Positions 56,479 to 64,000 of a DNA stretch of 64,000 nucleotides are shown here, in pieces. The DNA is from Candidatus Staskawiczbacteria bacterium (GTDB lineage: Bacteria; Patescibacteriota; Minisyncoccia; Minisyncoccales; Staskawiczbacteraceae), in contig CAVWMZ010000003.1 of NCBI GenBank assembly GCA_963756225.1, positions 275,988-339,987 on the forward strand. The letters run 5' to 3'. The notes beneath the pieces are model-generated. The model did not search any database and was not told where the DNA came from. It saw only the letters and a list, made by a program, of their open reading frames with translations. Positions within the stretch are counted from its first letter, which is position 1; every line of letters starts with the position of its first letter. A program made the translations under genes and the position numbers.

Positions 56479-59015
56479 ATGGAAGATATTTTTTTATCAG
56501 TTATAATTCCTGCATACAATGAAGAAAAAAGAATAGGGAATACTCTTTCGAGCATCCAAGAGTATTTTAAGTTGAAAAATATTACTTATGAAATTATAGT
56601 TGTTAACGATGGATCTACGGATAGTACGGTGGGAGCCGTAGAGGCTTTTCAAAATAAAGATCCAAACCTCAAACTTATTAATAATCCAATTAATTTTGGT
56701 AAAGGATATGCTGTAAACTGCGGGATGAATGAAGCCAAGGGTAAATACAGGCTATTCATGGATGCTGATAATTCTGTTCACATTGATTCTGTTGAAAACT
56801 TTTTAACTGAGATACGCGAGGGGGCTGATATTGTGATAGGTTCAATCGCCATTAATAAAGCTGAGGTCACTGAGCACAATGCTTGGCATCGAAGGATATT
56901 TGGTACTATTTCAAAGTTTCTTATTAGAATGGTTGCTGTGCCAGGTATTTATGATACACAGAGGGGTTTTAAACTTTTTACCGCAGAATCTGCTACAAGA
57001 ATATTCCCTCTTCAAACTATCTGGAGATTTGGTTTTGATATTGAGTTATTGGTGATTGCCGAAACTCAGAAAATGAAAATCAAAGAACTACCAGTTGTAT
57101 GGGACAATCCCAGCGGTTCTAAGGTTAGGCTCAGAGATTATATTAAAACCTTCTATGAACTTTTTAGAATTGTTTTAAATAAAATTCGTGGAAAATATAT
57201 TTTGAAAAGTAAAAACATTACTACGATGGAAAACAACATTGCATGTGAAGAGGATAAGGGGATAGATAAATCATATGTCGCTATTGGAGGTATGGATAGC
57301 TTTTTTGAGAAACTTGCAATGCACGCTTTATTTTTCGGTATTTTTTTGGTTTTTATTCTGAATGTAGGATTTTTTATGGGCGTTACAATCAATGGATTCA
57401 TTTTACCGGTCGCATATATATTATATTTATTAGGTCTATTATTATTAAACCTCAAGCTACATAAGAAAATAAAATTAATAGGCATTATTACCGCGATAAT
57501 TATAATACCAACGGTTTTATTTTTAGGATTCCTTTTGTTTGCTCACACATATGATTTTACAGTCGATGGGCAAGACTATCAACAAACGGCCGTGATCTCA
57601 ATGGCCAATGGGTGGAACCCGATTAGAGGTTCTCAGCTAAAGATACCAGCCCCCGTCGGTTTGTATGGATTGGGTGGGGAATTTGGATTACCATTTGCCA
57701 TAGGTTACCCAAAGACTCTTTGGATGATACAATCTTCTATTTACAAAACCACGGGCCATGTTAATTCTGCAGTTATTACCAACTTGCTGTCGGCCTTAAT
57801 CGCTTTTGTATTTCTTTTTTATCTGCTTCTTAGGCTTAAAATTTCAAAGTTTTGGGCATCATTTATAGCACTGTTTTCCGTTTTAGAGCCACACTTTATC
57901 CAACAATTTTTCTCCTTTATGTCGGATGGTTTTGGTTACGAAATTTCTATAGTAGCAATAGTCGCATTAATAAGCTTGATTATTAGTAAAGAAAAAACCA
58001 CACCCTTATTATTGTTTATATGTTCTTGGATTTTTCTTATAGGAACAAAATTCAGTAATGCATACCTCGGACTTATTTTAGCCGTTGTTTGTTTAATAAT
58101 AATTATTAAATATGTTTTCTTTCGCCAGAAATTTTCAAAAAAATAAGTAGAAATATTACTATTAGGAATATTTTTATCAATATTTATTTTATCTAACCCA
58201 TTTGTTGTAAATTTTTTTAGATATGGGTCTCCTATTTTTCCTGCTAATTTTTCTTGGGCGAAAGAACAGGTTAAAATACAAAATGTTCCACTTAATCTTT
58301 ATAACGCCAATAGTCCAGAGCTACTTTTTTACGGAATATATTCACAAACACAAACTCCATCCGAATATTCAAATTCTCATAATGTTGCTGTATTAAAAAT
58401 ACCTTTTACTATAAGTCGTGGAGAGATTCCAAGTATGTCTACAAGCCAGCCGTCTATAAGGGTTGCTACGTGTGGATTACTTTTTAGTGGTCTTTTTACT
58501 ATTAGTATTATCCTTTTGCTTTTAGTATTTATTTTTGTCCCATCATTGCTTAATGACGGGGTGATCTGGTCTGCCATTATATCCAGCGTGCTTATAATCT
58601 TTGCCGCTCTTGCTTTACCGACCCCCAACGTTTTGAGGTATACGCCCCTAATAACCTTTATTCCTTTTATTACACTTATAAGTTTGATTATGATTAATGG
58701 CGCTAGAAAAATTTTATGGTTGCGGATTGCAATATTTCTATTTGCTGTACTTTTAGCAATAAATACAATAAATTTTTTGTATATTTTCGCTGTCACTAAC
58801 ATGAACGAAACCCAGCAAGCCCGCCAACAGCTTCACTGTTGCACGATAGTGGATTAACTTACGATGTTTATGCTCCTAGCTTTTATTCCAATTATATCCG
58901 TTTTAAAGAGGCCGGTATTAAGTTCAATGAGACGAATAAACTTTCCTGTAAAAATCCTCAAACACTAGATTATACATATGGAGCATCTGCAACAAAATAT
59001 TGTCCTGTTCAATAG
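56479..59015 (+). CDS. GT2 glycosyltransferase fused to a large polytopic membrane domain; interrupted by an in-frame TAA (58144-58146) and a frameshift near 58830
   Basis: LSVIIPAYNEEKRI…VVNDGSTDST…LFMDADNS… is a dolichyl-phosphate glycosyltransferase-like GT2. The same frame stays open from 58147 to 58857 with further TM helices. An alternative frame continues …LASLLHDSGLTYDVYAPSFYSNY… to 59015. Confidence 0.6.
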
Positions 59016-59050
59016 ATTGGACTTTCTTTATTGCAGTATAAAATAATTAT

Positions 59051-60720
59051 ATGATGGATCCAAATAAAATAAATAAATATCTTTATATTGATAAAACTCC
59101 GACTTGGTTGGTGAGGGCGACATACGCCATCGGTATTTGTGTTTGGTCTTTAGTGTTATATGAATATACAATTGCTGCAATGTATAATTCATTCTACTTT
59201 TGGGTTATATATCCATTCATTATAATTTTTACTGTTTATCTATTTTTAAGTTTCGGACTGAACCTTTTTTATCGCAGGTTCGATCTTAAAAAACATTTCC
59301 CGCTTGTTAGTCAATTTTGGTCAACCATCAATAATAATTATCCATCTGTCAATGTTTTTTTGCCGATATGCGGTGAAGATCAGAGAGATTCTAATACACA
59401 CATGGGAAAACGTATCTCGGCTCAATTATAAAAACTTCAAAGTATACGTGTTAGATGATTCTAAAGAAGGGCAAGAAGAACATAGATTGATGGCTGAAAA
59501 ATACGGATTTAATTATTTTGAGAGGCCGAATAAGGGTGAAGTGAAAAAAGCGGGCAATCTTAAATATGGATATGAAAGAACAAACGGAGATGTTATTGCT
59601 ATTTTTGATGCCGACTTTGCGCCCCATCCAGATTTTTTGCATGACCTTCTGCCATATATGTCTAATCCTAAAATAGGAATAGTGCAATCTCCGCAATATT
59701 TTGAGACTTCAGAAGAAGCGAATAAGCATTCTCGCTTGGCATATGGTTCATCTTATGTACAGGAGTGTTTTTATAGATTTATAGAAGTTGTAAGAGATAG
59801 ATTCAACGCCACTGTTTGTTGCGGGACTTGTGCTGTTTATAGGCGTGCCGCTTTAAAAGATATTGGTGGTTATGTGCAAGTCGGACACAGTGAAGATCAG
59901 AGGACTGGTTTTGCCCTTCAAAGCAAGGGATACATAGTAAAGTACATTCCTATTATCTTGACGGTTGGATTGTGTCCCGATGATATATATACCTATTTTC
60001 ACCAGCGGACACAGATGGTGCGCTGGAAATATCCAGTTAATGTTGGATAAGAATTTTTGGAATTACCGGTATCCTGGCAGACAAAACTTTCTTATTTCAC
60101 TGGCTTCCTTTTCTATATCTGGTATCCGCTTTCAATCATTTTTTCCTTTCAACTTTTCTATACGCTTTTTTACTACAACCAATATATATCCTTTTATTCC
60201 GGGCTGGCATTTTATCCATATCTACTTTTTTCAATAATGTTTATGGTATCTTTTTCAACACCAAGATTCCATGTGGGGGCCATATACGCATCTTTTGCTA
60301 GGATATACGCCTACAGCCATGCCGTTCTTTCCACCTTATTTGGGCAATCGGTTGGATGGATAGCTACTGGCGCGAAGCAGTCCACCGTTTCAAAAGCTTT
60401 CCGAAACACTGTTATTATTATTTGTATATATATTTTTGTTTATATAGCACTGATAGCCTTTTCTTCCGGGGAGGATTAATACATTTATTTAATTACAATT
60501 ACTGGTCTGTTCAATTCTGGTTGTTTTATAACATAGCCCTTCCGGAATTATCTTATGGCAGATGTATGCAGCCATGGCAAGAAGGCAAAAAGAACAAATT
60601 CTACTTGAGAACAATCAATCTAAGTCTGATAATTCTTCTATTAATTTATGGATGTTAAAAACCACGGGTGTATATGTCTTATTGTTAATTTTTATGTTTG
60701 GCGTTATAGTATTTATATAG
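59051..60720 (+). CDS. Cellulose-synthase-like GT2 membrane glycosyltransferase, at least four apparent frameshifts
   Basis: The pieces give …VNVFLPICGED / ILIHTWENVSRLNYKNFKVYVLDDS…IFDADFAPHPDFL…VQSPQYF…CCGTCAVYRR…FHQR / HRWCAGN (QxxRW-type motif) / …WQTKLSYFTGFLFY…, followed by C-terminal TM helices. Confidence 0.6.
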
Positions 60721-60806
60721 GTAGCTATTTTTGTTTTTGGCTATTGACAAATTATCATGTTTAATGATATACTGATTAATATTTATTAATAATTCATTAA
60801 TAATTA

Positions 60807-61112
60807 ATGAAAACCAATATGAATAAAATTATTTTAGTTTCCGCTACATTAATTGTGGCGTTGTTTGCAGTGGTCGTCCCATTAACTACTTACGCTCAAT
60901 ATGGAGGAGGCGGTGGCGCAATGATGATACCGCCCACAGTTTCATCTATTCCCGGTGATATAACTGGCAACGGAACAGTTGATGAATATGATTTAGCAAT
61001 ATTAATGTCGCAATGGGGACAGACAGGAACTAATCTTTCTGCTGATTTAAACCATGATGGCACAGTCAACGAATATGACTTGGCTATATTAATGGCTAAT
61101 TGGGGCAAATAA
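60807..61112 (+). CDS. Small secreted dockerin-repeat protein
   Basis: Signal peptide, then two EF-hand-like repeats DITGNGTVDEYDLAILMSQWG and DLNHDGTVNEYDLAILMANWG. Confidence 0.65.
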   Translation: MKTNMNKIILVSATLIVALFAVVVPLTTYAQYGGGGGAMMIPPTVSSIPGDITGNGTVDEYDLAILMSQWGQTGTNLSADLNHDGTVNEYDLAILMANWGK

Positions 61113-61132
61113 AAATATAAATAAAAACTACT

Positions 61133-61869
61133 ATGAAAAAAATAATCTTATTAGCATTATTAACCATTGTAGGAGTATTGGGAGTAAGCCAAATGGTTTT
61201 GGCAGATACCTTCAATATTATCTACATCACCAGCAACTCTTAATAGCGCTGTTGGTACACCATTTAATGTTTCAGTTAATTTGAATCCATTCGGCAATAG
61301 TGTTTGTGTCGTAATGGGTGCTGTAAATTTTAATGGATTGGCTTGTCAAAGCATTAACGTAGCGACAAGCGGCATTATAGCTACGACACCTCCGACTTGT
61401 GCTAACCCAAGCTTTGTTATAGCTATCCCAAAATGCACAACAGCTTCTCAAGATTTGTTTTCAATGTCTATTAAAGGTAATCAAGTTGGTCAAGCATATT
61501 TGTATTTTACAGGGTTAAAGGCTGTAGGAGTTAGCGGCAATACTGCAAGTAATGTCGCGTCTGTGTGGGAAGGCGGTTCATATAACATATTGGCTACAAC
61601 AGCTCAACCAACACAACAGCCACAACACAAGTAGCGCAACCGACAATACAAACAACTCAGCCAGTCCCAACAAGGTTACTACCCCAGAGCAGCAAGCAGC
61701 ACCAGTTAATAATATTCCAACAGGCCAAGGAGCAGCAGCCGGATTGCAAGCTTCTCTTGCAACCAGATCGCCCATAAATACTACAGTGGTAATTGTTATT
61801 GTCTTGTTGTTAATTATAATAATTGGAGGAGTGTGGTTGATGATTAGCAAGAGAAAAAAGAATAAATAA
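61133..61869 (+). CDS. Membrane-anchored surface protein, possibly cohesin-like; two apparent frameshifts
   Basis: Signal peptide MKKIILLALLTIVGVLGVSQMVLA, then a beta-rich domain (…LNSAVGTPFNVSVNLNP…VMGAVNFNGL…), a Thr/Gln/Pro linker, and a C-terminal TM with KRKKNK. The cohesin assignment is tentative. Confidence 0.4.
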
Positions 61870-61961
61870 TCTCAAGATTTTTTGAAAATAAAAAGCTCTG
61901 CAATAAAATGCGGGGCTTTTTAGTTTCCAAATCATTAAAAATTGTAATATAATTAAAAAAT

Positions 61962-62681
61962 ATGATTAACTATTTATATCTTTATTTAATATATTTGATT
62001 TTTGCGTTGACTCCGGTTTTGATCTGGCTTTTCTTTTATTTCAAAAAGGATGCGCACCCTGAGCCGAAGAAAATGATTTTAAAAATTTTCATTCTCGGAA
62101 TGGTGGCAGCTTGTTTGGCTGCTCTTTTTGAAATGGTTGTTTTGAAGTTTTTTACAGGAACATCACTTTTGTTTGCGGTTTTGGAATCATTCCTTTTGAT
62201 TGCTTTAGTTGAAGAATTTGTTAAATGGCTCGTTGTAAGAATTTTTATTTATAACGATCCTGTGTTTGATGAGCCGCTTGATGTCATGCTTTATATGGTG
62301 GTTTCTGCTTTAGGGTTTGCTTTTTTGGAAAATATAATACTTTTTTTTGCTGCGAGTCAGCCATATGCTATCGGAGCAGCGATTAGGTTTGCTCTGCTGA
62401 GATTTGTAGGAGCGGTATTTTTGCACACACTAACATCTGGAACCATAGGATACTTTATAGCCTTATCTTTTTGTTCGATTAAAAACAAAACGAAACTTTT
62501 ATTTACAGGGTTTTTAATAGCAATTGTGTTGCACGGCTTCTATAACCTTGCCATAACACGGCTTACCGGATTCTGGCAGTATTCTGTCCCTGCCATAATC
62601 ATAATTATTTTAGCTGTTTTCACCACATACGGCTTTGTTAAGTTAAGAAAGCTGAAGGGTGTCTGCCAAATATCATCGTAA
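61962..62681 (+). CDS. PrsW-family intramembrane protease
   Basis: Polytopic, with LVEEFVKWLVV (the ExxK motif) and later FLHTLTSGTIGY…HGFYN. Confidence 0.6.
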   Translation: MINYLYLYLIYLIFALTPVLIWLFFYFKKDAHPEPKKMILKIFILGMVAACLAALFEMVVLKFFTGTSLLFAVLESFLLIALVEEFVKWLVVRIFIYNDPVFDEPLDVMLYMVVSALGFAFLENIILFFAASQPYAIGAAIRFALLRFVGAVFLHTLTSGTIGYFIALSFCSIKNKTKLLFTGFLIAIVLHGFYNLAITRLTGFWQYSVPAIIIIILAVFTTYGFVKLRKLKGVCQISS

Positions 62682-62700
62682 TTTTGGTATAATAGACTAA

Positions 62701-62746
62701 GGGCTGGAAGTTGCAGTAGTTAGTACAATTTAATAAATGCCAGCCC
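62701..62746 (+). ncRNA. Candidate structured RNA, copy 2 (orphan, with its own terminator)
   Basis: A TGGTATAAT lies at 62685-62693, then GGGCTGG-AAGTTGcagtagttagtaCAATTT-aataaatg-CCAGCCC. A terminator hairpin follows at 62750-62780. There is no downstream plus-strand gene. Confidence 0.35.
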
Positions 62747-62749
62747 AAC

Positions 62750-62780
62750 GAAAAGACCCTTACGGGCCTTTTCTGTTTTA
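62750..62780 (+). terminator. Rho-independent terminator
   Basis: GAAAAGACCC-ttac-GGGCCTTTTC followed by TGTTTT. Confidence 0.6.
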
Positions 62781-62876
62781 ATTATACCTCCGCCATAATC
62801 CTTTTACCTTTATTTCCTTCCGCCAGGTATGTAGTTACAAATATGCTAAAGCTGTTTGTTGTATTGTAGGTACGAC

Positions 62877-63317
62877 CCATTCATCGTCACTGTCGGCTCC
62901 TTCTGGATTAGGGAGAATTTCATTTATGTACACACCACTTGGGTATGTTATTGCTACTGCAGGAGCTGGGCTTTCTATCTCGGATGTTTGGTTTGTATCT
63001 ACGGTTGTTGGCGTTGGATTGGTTGTTTGGTTTGTATCCACTGTTTGTGTTGTGGTTGTCTGACAATTAACACATGCCCATCCTTGATTTATTATATCCT
63101 GCAAATACTTTCCATTACCGATGCCCTTTACCCTACTTAAATCTCCGACTGAAGAAAACGGTCTTGAGTCGATAATCTTTTGCGCTGTTTTTGGACCGAT
63201 ATGCACAATTTCGTCGAGTTGCGACAAGTTTGCAGAGTTAATGTCTATTTGTTCGGCTAAAATAAAAACCGGGCAGGAAAAAAACAATACGCAAAATAAG
63301 AATAAAACCTTTTTCAT
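62877..63317 (-). pseudogene. 5' half of the ComEA-HhH/LTD gene
   Basis: Signal peptide, then the ComEA-type helix-hairpin-helix (INSANLSQLDEIVHIGPKTAQKIIDSRPF…VKGIGNGK), a Thr-rich linker, and …VYINEILPNPEGADSDDEW at the core. Beyond the core the ORF runs 14 codons into element DNA and stops at 62835. Confidence 0.75.
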
Positions 63318-63462
63318 ATTTTAGAATAGAGATATTTATTAATTATATTTCTTTTAAAAAATAATTAAAAGCTATTAAAATAGATCCAACCAAAGGGTGT
63401 TGTATTTTATTGCGGATATAGTATAAAAGAAATACAAACGTAAAGCGTCATTAAATAAAAAA

Positions 63463-64000
63463 ATGAACCAAAAAATTTTATTTTCAATAATTTTCACTAT
63501 TTTAGGCCTTCTAGCCTTTAGGGTTTCTATAGATCACATAATAGGCTCAAGCCAAAATTTCACCCTGTTTGAATTTTTGGGGCCAATTGGAGGAATGTTT
63601 TTAGGGCCAGTATTGGGCGCCACATCTGCTTTGGCCGTTAGTCTATTAAATCTAATTATTTTCCACAAGTCTTTAAATCTTTTAGCAGTGGCCTTGTTTT
63701 TACCGCCGATAATGGCGGCGACTTATTTTGGGTTAAAGCAAAAAATAACAGCAATTGTTTTTCCAATTTGTATTGTTTTATTTTGGTTAAATCCTATTGG
63801 CAGGCAGGCATGGATTTATCCATTAATTTGGTTAATTCCGCTTTTCGCAACCTTTTTAAAAAAGAGGCTAATTTTTAATAGCCTCGGAGCCACATTTACA
63901 GCTCATGCGGTGGGATCTATTATTTTTCTTTATATGTTTGGATTAACTCCGGCAATCTGGATGGCTTTAATCCCGGTTGTTTTTATTGAGAGAGGAATTT
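63463..64000 (+). CDS. Polytopic membrane protein, 3' end beyond the window
   Basis: Not in the track because there is no stop in the window. ATG 63463 gives MNQKILFSIIFTILGLLAF…GPIGGMFLGPVLGATSALAV…, with multiple hydrophobic helices. No family assigned. Confidence 0.5.
   Translation, partial: MNQKILFSIIFTILGLLAFRVSIDHIIGSSQNFTLFEFLGPIGGMFLGPVLGATSALAVSLLNLIIFHKSLNLLAVALFLPPIMAATYFGLKQKITAIVFPICIVLFWLNPIGRQAWIYPLIWLIPLFATFLKKRLIFNSLGATFTAHAVGSIIFLYMFGLTPAIWMALIPVVFIERGI

Larger units (their letters stand above)
40427..62876 (-). mobile_element. 22.4-kb integrative element with a large serine recombinase at one end, a replication module, an R-M module and a glycosylation/surface cargo
   Basis: The identical hexamer CCATTC lies at 40427-40432 and 62877-62882. 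The host gene halves join in frame across it. The recombinase stop (40444) is 12 nt from the core. No capsid, terminase or tail genes were seen. Confidence 0.75.

Noticed and set aside
40427-62876. The integrated element might be a prophage.
   Set aside because: I found no recognisable capsid, portal, terminase, tail or lysis genes in 22 kb. The content (recombinase, PrimPol-helicase, R-M, glycosyltransferases) fits an integrative plasmid-like element better.

Overview
Low-GC (about one third G+C by eye) bacterial chromosome segment that spans the replication-origin neighbourhood (rpmH-rnpA-yidC-jag divergent from dnaA-dnaN). Compact housekeeping genes are present: cca, yvcK-like, rpsO, pnp, comM/yifB, rsmA, ruvC, yebC, PBP1A, and two tRNAs. 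The gene content and the secretion-system-type pilin-like proteins are most consistent with a small-genome CPR/Patescibacteria-type organism; that is inference, not proof.

Main points:
1. A 22.4-kb integrative element (40427-62876) has a large serine recombinase at one end. It splits a ComEA-HhH/lamin-tail-domain gene, and the two halves rejoin in frame across a shared CCATTC core. Its cargo is a PrimPol-helicase replication module with inverted iterons, SpoVG, a Type III R-M with decayed nuclease/methylase neighbours, and a glycosylation/cell-surface cassette.
2. A type IV secretion-like locus (17211-30233) carries VirB6-like, PrgI/VirB3-like and VirB4 genes plus three proteins whose N-termini look like VirB2-type pilins fused to large variable domains; one is a 1172-aa cysteine-dense giant. 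The locus is bounded by an rsmA 3' relic and a dead IS200/IS605 copy.
3. Three short islets of much higher G+C sit in intergenic positions with their own promoters or terminators: 10.5-11.35 kb, 14.2-15.6 kb and 19.9-21.3 kb.
4. An IS1595-family insertion has 15-bp inverted repeats and a 7-bp target duplication, and the disrupted gene can be reconstructed.
5. Two paralogous promoter-plus-hairpin modules are candidate small RNAs.

Caveat: many conserved genes, including dnaA, dnaN and PBP1A, show apparent frameshifts, several of them at homopolymers. Assembly indel errors are a serious alternative to true pseudogenisation throughout the window.
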